Source: a virus
Taxonomy: Duplodnaviria > Caudoviricetes
Direction: 5' to 3' (one strand)
DNA length: 35,218 nucleotides
Virus record (IMG/VR): IMGVR_UViG_3300037751_000551
Location: 1 to 35,218 of that record
The number at the start of each line of letters is the position of its first letter. Position 1 is the first letter of the stretch. The notes below the pieces were generated by a model. It did not search any database, had not been told where the DNA came from, and saw only the letters and a list, made by a program, of their open reading frames with translations. Position numbers and translations under genes: made by a program. Below are positions 17,088 to 25,652 of this stretch, piece by piece.

Positions 17088-17881
17088 GTCGTCTCCTGCC
17101 AGGTGTCGCGCGGCACCTTGCGGCCCGCCGCCTTGAGCGCACCGCGCGCCCGCCGTACCGCTTCGGGCAGCCCGATCTTGCGGGCCGCCAGGTCTTTCAG
17201 CAACCGCAGCACGCGGGCGCTGGTCGGGTCTCCCCGCCGTTTTGCCGACGACCCGGCGAGTGCGTAGGCATGATCGTCCGCGTTGACTACCCGCCCGGCC
17301 GCGGCCAGGCGTTGCAGCGCCTTGCCGGCCGTCTCCGGCATACACCCCACGTGCTGCGCGACCTGCAAGGGCGTCGCCGGGCCATCGCGCAGCGCATGCA
17401 AGGCGCCTGCACGGACGGAGCCCCACGCCCGCCGGGAAGGCACCGGCGCCGGCGGCGCAGGCCCGGCGCCATTGCCGGGTGGGAAGTCCCGCGCCACCGG
17501 CGCCGGTGTGGACTTGTGCGCACTCCTCTGTACTTTCGCCCGCGGCGCCCGCGCCGGCCGGGGCGCCGGCTTCGGCCGCAGCGGCGCCTCGGCGCGCCGG
17601 CCCACGTCCGCCATTGGGGAGTCCGCGGGCAGCGCGGCCGTCGCCTTGCGCGGCGCCGGGGCCTGCACGCCGCGCTGCAGCGCCGCCAGCGTGGTCAGGC
17701 TGGGCTCGCGGCCGGCGTCCACCGCTGCGCACTGCATGCACTCCCGGCAGGACAGCGGGCGCAACTTGCCAGCACCTCCGGCACCTCCGGCCCCACTGAG
17801 GCGCAGCTCGCGGTTGCCCTTGCACACGGCGACGGACAGCAGACCGTAGGCGTGGCAGCGGAAGTGGGTACGCTCCGTCAT
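17084..17881 (-). CDS. Hypothetical protein with a Cys-rich N-terminus and a winged-HTH-like C-terminus
   Basis: Start MTERTHFRCH overlaps the mor stop; CRECMQC motif; ALRDGPATPLQVAQHVGCMPETAGKALQRLAAAGRV. Confidence 0.7.
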   Translation of the reverse strand: MTERTHFRCHAYGLLSVAVCKGNRELRLSGAGGAGGAGKLRPLSCRECMQCAAVDAGREPSLTTLAALQRGVQAPAPRKATAALPADSPMADVGRRAEAPLRPKPAPRPARAPRAKVQRSAHKSTPAPVARDFPPGNGAGPAPPAPVPSRRAWGSVRAGALHALRDGPATPLQVAQHVGCMPETAGKALQRLAAAGRVVNADDHAYALAGSSAKRRGDPTSARVLRLLKDLAARKIGLPEAVRRARGALKAAGRKVPRDTWQETT

Positions 17882-18300
17882 TGCCGGATGACCTCGCTCA
17901 CGCGCATGTCGCGCGCCACGATCTGCTGGATGCGCCGCTCCGCCAGGCCGAAGCGGCGGGCCAGCTCGGGCACCGGCGTGCGGCGCTCCCGATACGCTGC
18001 GCGGATCGCGCGGTCGCGCGCCGGGATCGTCGCCGAGCGGAGCGTGGGCACGGTAAGCACCGAGCCGCCCGCGTGCCGCGCCAGCGCCTGGGCCGTCGTC
18101 ACGCCCAGCCGCCGCGCCAGCGGGTGCGCCGCCCCGACCGCGGACGGCACGGTCAGCCGCGCGCCGCTGTATTGCCGGAGCAGCGCCAGCGCCGCCGGCA
18201 GGCCGATGGCCCGCGCGACCTCGCCGTACGCCGCGGGAAGGTCTTCCACCCGCACATCCTCCAGGTACGGTGCCGCCGGCGTCGCCGCGCTCGCATCCAT
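17878..18300 (-). CDS. mor: Mor/C family transcription activator
   Basis: DLPAAYGEVARAIGLPAALAL...RDRAIRAAY...VPELARRFGLAERRIQQIV. Confidence 0.88.
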   Translation of the reverse strand: MDASAATPAAPYLEDVRVEDLPAAYGEVARAIGLPAALALLRQYSGARLTVPSAVGAAHPLARRLGVTTAQALARHAGGSVLTVPTLRSATIPARDRAIRAAYRERRTPVPELARRFGLAERRIQQIVARDMRVSEVIRQ

Positions 18301-18315
18301 GCCGCGCCTCCTCGG

Positions 18316-18669
18316 TTAGAGTCTCGGGCGGAGTCGCCGGAGCTTTGTGCTCCGGCGGTCCTCGCGCATCGCCATGCTCTGGTACCGGGCCAGGGCCCGG
18401 TCGGTCTCGGCGGCGCGCATCCAGCGCGCCCACACCGTGCGCCAGTGCAGGCCGTAGTGCAGTTCCACGCCGCCCGACCAGTCCCGCGCCCGCACACGCA
18501 CCGCGCGCGCGAGGAGCACGCACAAAGCGTGATCGAGCACCAGGCGCCGGAATCCGTGCCCCCCCCTGGGCGGCAGCTCCTTGGACTCGACGATCCGTCG
18601 CAGCGCGGCCAGCCGCTCCGCGTTCGTCAGCGCCACCTCAGGCGTCTTCGGCTTCGGCGCGGGGCTCAT
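18316..18669 (-). CDS. Hypothetical protein
   Basis: ORF in the minus-strand operon with a plausible RBS. Confidence 0.6.
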   Translation of the reverse strand: MSPAPKPKTPEVALTNAERLAALRRIVESKELPPRGGHGFRRLVLDHALCVLLARAVRVRARDWSGGVELHYGLHWRTVWARWMRAAETDRALARYQSMAMREDRRSTKLRRLRPRL

Positions 18670-18877
18670 CGTCCTTCCCGTACTTGCGCGGGCAGAGCGG
18701 GCAGAACACCGTCAAGTCCACGCCGTGCGCCCGCAGGTTGCCCACGAGCTTCTCCACGCACAGGCTGCACAGGCTCCCGCGCCGAAGCTTGAGCAGCACG
18801 ATCCCTGGGCCGGCCCCGCCCCCGCAGTGCAGGCAGCGCGGCCCTTCGACGGGGCTCAGGACAGGCGCGCGGCTCAC
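18638..18877 (-). CDS. Small Cys-rich (three CxxC) hypothetical protein
   Basis: GTGA overlap with the upstream stop; CLHC, CSLC and CPLC motifs. Confidence 0.55.
   Translation of the reverse strand: MSRAPVLSPVEGPRCLHCGGGAGPGIVLLKLRRGSLCSLCVEKLVGNLRAHGVDLTVFCPLCPRKYGKDDEPRAEAEDA
18842..18866 (+). repeat. Short REP-like element, copy 1
   Basis: CCCTTCGACGGGGCTCAGGACAGGC; near match to the reverse complement of 24544-24567. Confidence 0.6.
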
Positions 18878-19347
18878 TTGCCACCACGGCCGATCCCTTT
18901 CACCAGCGGCGCCAGGCGTAGCGCGACATCCGGGTGCAGCGGGCCCTTGCCGATGGGTTCTGCCACCGGTGCTTCCGTCTCGTCCTTGGGCGCCGGCCGG
19001 CGCGCGCGATGGGTCTCCAGCACGCGCCGGAGATAGTTGTGGTTCGTGAGCGGCCGGGCCGGCTCGCGCTCGCGCTTGGCGTGGATGGCCTCCACGGTCT
19101 CGTGCACCGCCACGCCGAGCAGCTCGTCGTCCGTCTCCAGCGCGGTCACTTCCTGCGCCAGCCGCAGGGCGCGCTCCCAGGCCAGCGCCCGCGACTTCGA
19201 GCGGAACAGGCCCAGATAGCTGGCCAGCGGCCGGGAGACATGCGCAGGTTTGCCGGCGAATACCCACATCAGATCGCGGGCGGCGCCGTCCTCCAGCGCC
19301 GTCTCCAGCGGGAAGCGCGCGTGGCAGCAGGGGCAGTGGAGGATCAT
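18874..19347 (-). CDS. Conserved Mu-like prophage hypothetical protein
   Basis: MILHCPCCHARFPLE, YLGLFR and PLTNHNYL motifs; ATGA overlap. Confidence 0.8.
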   Translation of the reverse strand: MILHCPCCHARFPLETALEDGAARDLMWVFAGKPAHVSRPLASYLGLFRSKSRALAWERALRLAQEVTALETDDELLGVAVHETVEAIHAKREREPARPLTNHNYLRRVLETHRARRPAPKDETEAPVAEPIGKGPLHPDVALRLAPLVKGIGRGGK

Positions 19348-19604
19348 GCGTCCCCGGGCAAGAGAGCCTTGATGTCCACGATCTCCGTGTCCAGCAGGGC
19401 TGCGCGTCCCAGGTGGCCTTTCTGGCCGGACGGGAACGGCCGGGACCGGCACCCGCCCGCGCCGAGCACCTGGAGCTGGATACTTCGCTCGCAGACCAGG
19501 TAGGTCGCGTTGCGGTAGCCCACCAGGCGGAACCGCGTGCCTCCGCACTCGGGGCAGGTGCGGTAGACCACCACTTCGGGCTGGGGTTGCTTTGCGCTCA
19601 TCAA
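19344..19604 (-). CDS. Hypothetical Zn-ribbon protein
   Basis: CPECGG motif; ATGA overlaps at both ends. Confidence 0.6.
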   Translation of the reverse strand: MMSAKQPQPEVVVYRTCPECGGTRFRLVGYRNATYLVCERSIQLQVLGAGGCRSRPFPSGQKGHLGRAALLDTEIVDIKALLPGDA

Positions 19605-19777
19605 TCCCCCGCCTGGTAGGCATCCATCAGATCGCGCTCCCCGCAGTCATCGCAGAGGTACTGCTCGACCGGGTGCCCATCCACGTCGTTGGTGCCCAGG
19701 TGGTAATCGCGGCTTTGCACCCAGCGCCCGCAGCTCACACAGTGCGCGGCCAGCCGATCCAGATAGGTCTCGCTCAT
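19601..19777 (-). CDS. Small Zn-finger-like protein (58 aa)
   Basis: MSETYLDRL...CVSC...CDDC; ATGA overlap. Confidence 0.6.
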   Translation of the reverse strand: MSETYLDRLAAHCVSCGRWVQSRDYHLGTNDVDGHPVEQYLCDDCGERDLMDAYQAGD

Positions 19778-19968
19778 GGTCCCTGCCATTGCGTCACGCG
19801 CCGCGATTCGAGTTCGCCGCGCTCGTTGATGCACTGCGCCAGCACGCCGCGCGCCGTGGAGGCCTGGGCGCCGCGGTCGATCAGGTCTTCCAGCAGCGCG
19901 CGCCAGCGCTCCAGCTCGACCGGGTCGGGAACTGCCGCAGTGCGGATGGTCAGATGGCTGGTGGTCAC
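19774..19968 (-). CDS. Hypothetical protein (64 aa)
   Basis: GTGA overlap, GAGG RBS. Confidence 0.55.
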   Translation of the reverse strand: MTTSHLTIRTAAVPDPVELERWRALLEDLIDRGAQASTARGVLAQCINERGELESRRVTQWQGP

Positions 19969-20183
19969 GGGGTCTTCCTCGCGCGGGCGCCGAAGTTGTG
20001 GGCGCCGTCCAGGGCGTCCGCCAGGGTGTTGTACCCGTTGAGCAGCCGCTCGCCCTGCAGCAGCCGCCATGCCCCACGCACCTGCACGATGCGCAGGCCA
20101 CAGTGCTCGTAGATGCCCGGGCAGAGGCGCGCCACGGGCTCCTGGCAACCGGCCGCCTGGTGCGCGAATAACGTCTTGTTCAT
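19965..20183 (-). CDS. Hypothetical protein (72 aa)
   Basis: MNKTLFAHQ start with ATGA overlap. Confidence 0.55.
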   Translation of the reverse strand: MNKTLFAHQAAGCQEPVARLCPGIYEHCGLRIVQVRGAWRLLQGERLLNGYNTLADALDGAHNFGARARKTP

Positions 20184-20692
20184 CCCCTGGCCCTCCCGTG
20201 GCGCTTGGCATCCAGCTCCAGCGCGGTGATGATCTTGTACAGCTCGCGCTCCGGCACGAAGGCCGTGCGCTCCACCTTGCAGATGCGCTGGGCGAGGGCG
20301 TCCGCGTAGCTCCACGGGTAGCCGGCTTCGGCCAGCAGCGCCTCGATCTTGCGGAGCTGAGCGCTGCGGCTCGTCTCCGCTGGGCCGGGCCGGATGTTCC
20401 TGGGCCGGCCCGGGTAGTCGCGCCCCGGGTCTGTCGCATCGGCCCGGCGCTGCGGGTGCTTGTCCGGCAGCATGCGCGCGAGGCCGTCCGCGAAGGCGAT
20501 CAGCTCCGCGTCGTTGAGCATCTTGCAGCTCCGCACGCCGAAGGCGTCATGGAGCGCCTGGCGGTAGGCGTCGTCGTCCATGCCCAGCTCTTGCTTGGCC
20601 AGGATGTGCACGCGGGCCAGCAGCGCGGGGCGCCTCCGGCCGGCCGCCGTAGCCCCCGTAGAGCCGGGGCTTGAACCCTTCCGCGTCGTCAT
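20180..20692 (-). CDS. gemA: GemA / Mu gp16 (DUF1018) family protein
   Basis: LLARVHILAKQELGMDDDAYR...QLRKIEALL...WSYADALAQRICKVER. Confidence 0.85.
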   Translation of the reverse strand: MTTRKGSSPGSTGATAAGRRRPALLARVHILAKQELGMDDDAYRQALHDAFGVRSCKMLNDAELIAFADGLARMLPDKHPQRRADATDPGRDYPGRPRNIRPGPAETSRSAQLRKIEALLAEAGYPWSYADALAQRICKVERTAFVPERELYKIITALELDAKRHGRARG

Positions 20693-20921
20693 CGCGCACG
20701 TCCTCGAATGTGTCGGCCGACCAGCAGACCCGCCACCACGTTTGCCGGCCCTCGCGGGAGAGCATCGAACAGGCGGCGGTGGCCACCACCTTGCGGTCCA
20801 TCGTGAACTGCAACTCCTCCCCGACATCGGGCAGGCGATCCTTCATCAGCCAGCAGATGCGGCCCCGCGGCGCGAGCAGCCAGAACCCCCGGCGATAGCG
20901 CGGCGGCACGTTGATGCGCAT
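20547..20921 (-). CDS. Hypothetical protein
   Basis: Coupled start (TGATG); 3' end overlaps the gemA-like gene by about 145 bp. Confidence 0.5.
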   Translation of the reverse strand: MRINVPPRYRRGFWLLAPRGRICWLMKDRLPDVGEELQFTMDRKVVATAACSMLSREGRQTWWRVCWSADTFEDVRDDDAEGFKPRLYGGYGGRPEAPRAAGPRAHPGQARAGHGRRRLPPGAP

Positions 20922-21160
20922 CAGTCCTCAAGGCCCGCCACCGCGTCGCCCTCGGGATCGGCGAGCCGGTAGGCGCCATACCCCGTGCGCTCCACGTCGC
21001 CCCGCTGCACCAGCTCGTTGAGCTGGACGTTTGCGCTGCGACGGGTAGCGCCGACCTCGCGAGCCACGGCCGCCGGCGACACTGCGTCCGGCCAGGCGCA
21101 GGCCAGGATGTCCAGCATCCAGCGCTTGCGCGCGCCGAGATTGCCCCTAGGCTTTGGCAT
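20921..21160 (-). CDS. Small winged-HTH protein
   Basis: SPAAVAREVGATRRSANVQLNELVQRGDVERTGYGAYRL. Confidence 0.75.
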   Translation of the reverse strand: MPKPRGNLGARKRWMLDILACAWPDAVSPAAVAREVGATRRSANVQLNELVQRGDVERTGYGAYRLADPEGDAVAGLED

Positions 21161-21359
21161 CGCTGCGTTCCTGTTCCGCGGTGATGCCCAGCTCGGCCGT
21201 GAGCCGCTCGACCGTGCGGGCCTGGCGCTGCACCTGGCGCTGGCGTTCGTGCCACTCGCTCCGGCGCAGCGTATTCTCGGCCGTGGCCGCGTCCCGGGTC
21301 AGCTCCGCCAGCCTGCGGGCGGCGGCGAGCGCGGCCTTCACGCGGGATTTGCGAACCAT
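21147..21359 (-). CDS. Hypothetical coiled-coil protein (70 aa)
   Basis: MVRKSRVKAAL start, GAGG RBS, fits operon packing. Confidence 0.55.
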   Translation of the reverse strand: MVRKSRVKAALAAARRLAELTRDAATAENTLRRSEWHERQRQVQRQARTVERLTAELGITAEQERSDAKA

Positions 21360-21661
21360 CGCTCGTGCCTCTGCAGCGCGTTGTAGAGCGCCTCCCAGCC
21401 GCCGGGCTCCTTGAAGCGCATGCCCGCGGGGGCGATCCAGGCCACCGCAAGGCCGTGCCGTGTCACGACGCACACGCCGGGCGGCACCGTCAGCCCGGCG
21501 CAGTCCTCGGTGACCCGGTGCCCGTTCACGACGAGCGCCCATTCGTGATCCAGCTCGCACACCCAGCAGCCGGGCAGGGCGGCGTAGTCCTTGACGCCCA
21601 GCGCGTCCGCGAGCCGGGCGATCAGCAGCCAGGTCGGGCAATAGCAGGCCGGCCCGATCAC
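21338..21661 (-). CDS. Hypothetical protein
   Basis: GTGA overlap, GGAGG RBS; LPGCW...WALVVNGH. Confidence 0.6.
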   Translation of the reverse strand: MIGPACYCPTWLLIARLADALGVKDYAALPGCWVCELDHEWALVVNGHRVTEDCAGLTVPPGVCVVTRHGLAVAWIAPAGMRFKEPGGWEALYNALQRHERWFANPA

Positions 21662-22020
21662 GCCACGTCCTCCAGCTTGAGGCCCGCGGTGGCCAGGTCG
21701 GCGGGCGGCACGAAGCTGACGATGCGCCCGAAGCGCGCGTCCCACACGGCCACGGCGGGGCGGCCATCCACGCGCACCAGGTGCCAGGTGGTGATGCCGT
21801 CGCGCCGGTAGAGGCGCCGCCCGCCCAGCGGCGAGCCGCCCCGGCCGGCCAGCGCCTGGCGGATCGCCTCGCACAGCGCTTCGTAGCCGCGCGTGTCCAG
21901 GTACAGCCCGTAGCGCTCGCCCAGCCGCTTGCAGGCATGGTGCACGAGCTGGCGCTGCCAGCGCCGCCCGCCGCGCCGGCTGGGCTTGCGCGAGATCGGC
22001 TTCAGCGTCCGCTTGTTCAT
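21658..22020 (-). CDS. Hypothetical protein
   Basis: HACKRLGERYGL motif; GAGG RBS. Confidence 0.65.
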   Translation of the reverse strand: MNKRTLKPISRKPSRRGGRRWQRQLVHHACKRLGERYGLYLDTRGYEALCEAIRQALAGRGGSPLGGRRLYRRDGITTWHLVRVDGRPAVAVWDARFGRIVSFVPPADLATAGLKLEDVA

Positions 22021-22023
22021 GGG

Positions 22024-22557
22024 CTATTCCTCGCCGTCCTCTTCGATGCCCTTGAGCAGGGCCTTGACCAGTTTGTCCACCTCGCTGGCCGTGTCCTTGA
22101 TCAGCACCACGTCCCCGGTCTCGGCGGCCTCGCAGCCGATGCGCCGCAGGTCGGCCACGGGCAGGGCGTTCAGCGCGGCCTTGCGCACCTTCTCGCTGAT
22201 CTTCACCAGGGCCTCGAACTGCTCGGGCAGGTGCCGCCGGATCAGCACGATCACCCGCGCCTCGTCCTCGAAGGACACCGCGCCCTTGCCCTTGACCAGC
22301 CCGACCTTGATGCCGTGGAAGACCTGGCTGCGCGGCTTGTCGAACAGCCCCCGGTGGCCGTCGATCTCCCCGTGCAATCGCACCTGCGCCTCGGCCACGG
22401 TGGCCAGGGCGTTCTTGATGCCCGGCACCTTGCGGCGCTTGGCGTCCTCGATCTCCGCCTGCAGCGCCTCCACGCGCTCGGCCAGCACGGCCCGCGCGTC
22501 CGCGTAGTCCTTGGTCAGGCGCTCAATCGCTTCCATGCTCGTCGGGTTGCTGCTCAT
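22024..22557 (-). CDS. Gam-like host-nuclease inhibitor family protein
   Basis: Coiled-coil N-terminus, LFDKPRSQVFHGIKVG and EKVRKAAL motifs; early-region position. Confidence 0.72.
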   Translation of the reverse strand: MSSNPTSMEAIERLTKDYADARAVLAERVEALQAEIEDAKRRKVPGIKNALATVAEAQVRLHGEIDGHRGLFDKPRSQVFHGIKVGLVKGKGAVSFEDEARVIVLIRRHLPEQFEALVKISEKVRKAALNALPVADLRRIGCEAAETGDVVLIKDTASEVDKLVKALLKGIEEDGEE

Positions 22558-22751
22558 GGCTGCCTCCTGGCTTGGGTTGTCTCCTGCTCGACGATCTCCG
22601 CGATGCGCCGGGCCAGGCGCAGCGCCGGCGTCGCCGGCGGCGGCTCCAGCGCCGAATCCGTGGCGACCGTCACGTCCACCAGCGGAGGAGAACCGCAGTG
22701 CGGGCCCGGCCCGCGTTCCGGCACGTCCTCGATCAGCATCAGGACTCGCAT
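22554..22751 (-). CDS. Hypothetical protein (65 aa)
   Basis: TGATG coupling upstream and ATGA overlap downstream. Confidence 0.5.
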   Translation of the reverse strand: MRVLMLIEDVPERGPGPHCGSPPLVDVTVATDSALEPPPATPALRLARRIAEIVEQETTQARRQP

Positions 22752-23278
22752 CAGGTCTTCTCGTGGGGTGTTGGCGCGCAGGCGCTGCACAGGTCTGGCT
22801 CGATCCACCAGCAGGGCCCGGCGTCGGTCATGCACGCCCGCGCATCCGTGCAGCCGCATTCGCGGCACCGCTGCCCCCGAGGCCCCGCGACTGGGCCCCG
22901 GGGTGGCGGCTTGCTGCGCCCACGGATAGAGGCGGTTGGTTCCGCGTGTCGCGTGGGTTTCGCGGAGGGGCCCGGTCGCTCGGCCGCCCCTTCACCGCGT
23001 TCCTTGCCGGGCTCCACCCGCCGCCCGTTGACGTGCCGCGCGTGCACCCAGCCCAGCGCCGTGCGCACCTTGACCTCATCGCGCAGGATCGCGTCGCCGC
23101 AGCGCGCGCACGTGGCCACGATGGTGTCGGGCCTGGCGGCCTGGCGCAGCAGCGCGTTGCGGTAGGCGTCGCGCAGCTCCTCGGCCGTGTGCTCGGCGAG
23201 GCGCGGGCCTTCGCCGGCCCGGCGCAGCGCGCGCTCGGCCGCATGCTTGAGCGCCAATGCAGGTGCGCGCGGAATCAT
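22751..23278 (-). CDS. Hypothetical protein with a C-terminal Cys-rich domain
   Basis: CRECGCTDARAC...GPCWWIEPDLCSAC; ATGA overlap. Confidence 0.7.
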   Translation of the reverse strand: MIPRAPALALKHAAERALRRAGEGPRLAEHTAEELRDAYRNALLRQAARPDTIVATCARCGDAILRDEVKVRTALGWVHARHVNGRRVEPGKERGEGAAERPGPSAKPTRHAEPTASIRGRSKPPPRGPVAGPRGQRCRECGCTDARACMTDAGPCWWIEPDLCSACAPTPHEKT

Positions 23279-23694
23279 GGCTGCCACCTCACGGTGATCG
23301 AATTGTAGGGCTCGCTGACGCACACCACGTCCGCGCAGTGCTCGCTGGACAGCAGCAGCGTCAGGCTCCACGGGCCGTAGGCCAGTACGGCGCCGCCGCC
23401 CAGGTCGCTCTTGACCGGATTGAAGTGGCCGTCCTCCTCGCCGTCGCGGCGGGACAGAATCTCGATGCGCGCCAGCATCCGGAACCACGGTGCGGCCTCG
23501 AAGGGCGGCTGCTCCAGGTGCAGCAGCAGGCGCCAGCGGTAAGTGCAGTCCACGGCGGCATCCGCGAAGCCGTCGCAGTCGCGCCGGTCGCGGTCGAACC
23601 ACTCCACCTCGGCGTAGGTCTGCGCCCGCGCGGGCGTGGCGGAGGCCAGCGCCAATCCGGCCGCCAGGAGCAGGGCGGTAAGCGCGCGCTTCAT
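23275..23694 (-). CDS. Secreted/envelope protein with a Sec signal peptide
   Basis: MKRALTALLLAAGLALASATPARA|QTY; GGAGG RBS. Confidence 0.75.
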   Translation of the reverse strand: MKRALTALLLAAGLALASATPARAQTYAEVEWFDRDRRDCDGFADAAVDCTYRWRLLLHLEQPPFEAAPWFRMLARIEILSRRDGEEDGHFNPVKSDLGGGAVLAYGPWSLTLLLSSEHCADVVCVSEPYNSITVRWQP

Positions 23695-24056
23695 GCCGAC
23701 TCCTCCAGGTCCAGGTGCAGCTGCGGCCCGAATTCCCTGCGCGCCCAGCGCCGCAACTTGCGGCTCTGGCGCAGGCTCGCCCACGCGCGCGAGTCCAGAA
23801 ACGCGGCGGTGCGCTCCACCTCGTCCGCCGTGGCCGGCCAGTAGTAGCCGCTCTCCGGGTGCGCGCCGACCGGCACGCCGGCATCGCGCAGGGCTTCCAC
23901 GGCCCGCCGCAGCTCGCGCGGCGTCGCGCCGAGCAGCGCCGCCAGGTCGCGCCCGCGGATGCCCGCGGCCGCGCCCCGATGCTCGCGCCGCAAGCGCTCG
24001 CGCAGGCGTTCGGCGAGCGGGCGCCCGCCCTGCGCCAGGTGCGTCGCGCAGTTCAT
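23691..24056 (-). CDS. HTH-domain protein
   Basis: IRGRDLAALLGATPRELRRAVEALRDAGVPVGAHPESGYY. Confidence 0.75.
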   Translation of the reverse strand: MNCATHLAQGGRPLAERLRERLRREHRGAAAGIRGRDLAALLGATPRELRRAVEALRDAGVPVGAHPESGYYWPATADEVERTAAFLDSRAWASLRQSRKLRRWARREFGPQLHLDLEESA

Positions 24057-24328
24057 CGCCAGGCCTCAGGATCGTGCTGGGCGTGCCCCGCCAGCACGGC
24101 CAGCAGGCGCTGCAGGGCCTCGCCGTTCAGCCCGCTGAGGCGGTAGCGATACCCGCCGCGGGCGAGCATCTGGGCGCGCAGAGCCCAGCGCATCTGGGCG
24201 CTCGGCCAGCGCGGCAGCCCGAAGCGGGTGGCGATCCAGGTGTCCCGGCCGTCGAGCACCAGCACGTCGCCCGGCTTCGCGTGCCCGATCTCGACCCGCT
24301 TGGCCGGCTGGGCGCTCGCCCGGCTCAC
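24053..24328 (-). CDS. Hypothetical protein
   Basis: GTGA and ATGA overlaps, GAGG RBS. Confidence 0.55.
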   Translation of the reverse strand: MSRASAQPAKRVEIGHAKPGDVLVLDGRDTWIATRFGLPRWPSAQMRWALRAQMLARGGYRYRLSGLNGEALQRLLAVLAGHAQHDPEAWR

Positions 24329-24573
24329 AGCGGCCTCGCCAGCCCGAGGGCCTGCCGCACCGCGCGGGCGACGGCCCGGCGTTTGAGCCGCCATAGGGCG
24401 CTGCGCCGCTGGACGCGCAGGATGCGGCCGATGGCGTCGCGCGTCCGGCGCCACCACAGCAGGCGGCGCAGCGTGGCGCCGCCCCAGCCCACCAGGCCCC
24501 ACTGGCGGGACACGCCGGTCGGCGTGCCCCAGGTCTCGCGGGAGCCTGCCCTGAGCTTGTCGAAGGGGATCAT
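24325..24573 (-). CDS. Basic hypothetical protein (82 aa)
   Basis: ATGA overlap with the MuB stop, GGAG RBS. Confidence 0.5.
   Translation of the reverse strand: MIPFDKLRAGSRETWGTPTGVSRQWGLVGWGGATLRRLLWWRRTRDAIGRILRVQRRSALWRLKRRAVARAVRQALGLARPL
24544..24567 (-). repeat. Short REP-like element, copy 2
   Basis: Minus strand CCCTTCGACAAGCTCAGGGCAGGC, encoding PFDKLRAG. Confidence 0.6.
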
Positions 24574-25565
24574 GGCTGGCTCCCGTTTGCGTTGCTGGCC
24601 TTGGCGTGGCCGTTGCTGGCGTCCAGCTCGCGCCAGGCGCGCTTGATGTGGGGCAGCTCCAGCGGCTCGCCGGCGCCGCGGGCGATCATCGTGGCCAGGC
24701 GCAGGGCCTTGACCACGCCGCGCAGGGCGCCGGGGGTGCGCGCGATCGACCAGAGGTAGGAGACCGCCTCGCGCTCGGCGATGCCCCAGCCCGCCAGCAC
24801 GGCCTCCACGTCCTCGCGCCGGGGGATGGTCAGGTGCAGGCGCTTGCCGACCCGGCTGTAGAGCTGCGCGAACAGCGCCGCCTGCCCGCTGGAGGAGAGG
24901 CGGCTGTACACGCGCTCGTTGCCGACCAGCGCCAGGCCGATCTCGGCGGCATCGTGGATCGCGCGCACGGTCTCCAGCGCGGCCACGGCCAGGTGCTGCG
25001 ACTCGTCCAGCACCAGCAGGCCCTTGGTGTCCCGCAGGCGGCGGATCAGGGCGCGCTGCATGCGGGCCGCGCCGCCGCCGGGTCCTTCGCGCATCCCCAG
25101 CGCCTCCATGATTTCCTCCAGGCAGGCGCTGGGGCTGGACGTGGCGGGGGAGATCGTGGCCACCCACACGTTGGGGCGCGTGGCCGCGTACTGGCGCACC
25201 GCGCGCGTCTTGCCCAGGCCGGCGCCGCCGTAGATCACGACCAGGTCGGCGGCCATCTGGCCGTAGGCCAACGCGGACAGCACCCGCTCACCCGTGGGCG
25301 TGGCGATCCACTCCGGGGCGTCGGGCAACAGGAAGCCGGTCTGCCGGTCGCGCTCGGCCAGCCAGCGCGCCAGCGTGGCCTCCACGCCCGCGTTGTCGCC
25401 CTCGTACTTGCCGTTGACCCAGCGGTTGAGGGCGCTGGGGGAAAGCCCTGCCTGGCGCGCCACCTCGGCCTGGCTGGTGTCCTTGGCGTCCAGCAGGGCG
25501 CGGATGCGCTCGCGCGTGTCGCCGGCCGCCGGCGGGGTGTCGTGGTTGACGTGCAATGCCTCCAT
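24570..25565 (-). CDS. B: MuB-like AAA+ transposition ATPase
   Basis: N-terminal HTH, Walker A GGAGLGKT, Walker B LLVLDESQHL, ALVGN and QLYSRVG motifs; follows the transposase. Confidence 0.95.
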   Translation of the reverse strand: MEALHVNHDTPPAAGDTRERIRALLDAKDTSQAEVARQAGLSPSALNRWVNGKYEGDNAGVEATLARWLAERDRQTGFLLPDAPEWIATPTGERVLSALAYGQMAADLVVIYGGAGLGKTRAVRQYAATRPNVWVATISPATSSPSACLEEIMEALGMREGPGGGAARMQRALIRRLRDTKGLLVLDESQHLAVAALETVRAIHDAAEIGLALVGNERVYSRLSSSGQAALFAQLYSRVGKRLHLTIPRREDVEAVLAGWGIAEREAVSYLWSIARTPGALRGVVKALRLATMIARGAGEPLELPHIKRAWRELDASNGHAKASNANGSQP

Positions 25566-25652
25566 TGCTAGGCTCCTTCTGACCGCAGTTCCGCCGGCAT
25601 TGGATTCTGCCCGGCGTCTATGGCCGGCGCGTGCCTGCGCCGGCCGTTTCTA

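Noticed and set aside
13697-25645. Similar hairpins sharing GCCTGCGCCGGCC at 13697-13718 and 25622-25645
   Set aside because: Short, almost all G/C, and located just after stop codons; most simply generic mRNA hairpins or chance similarity
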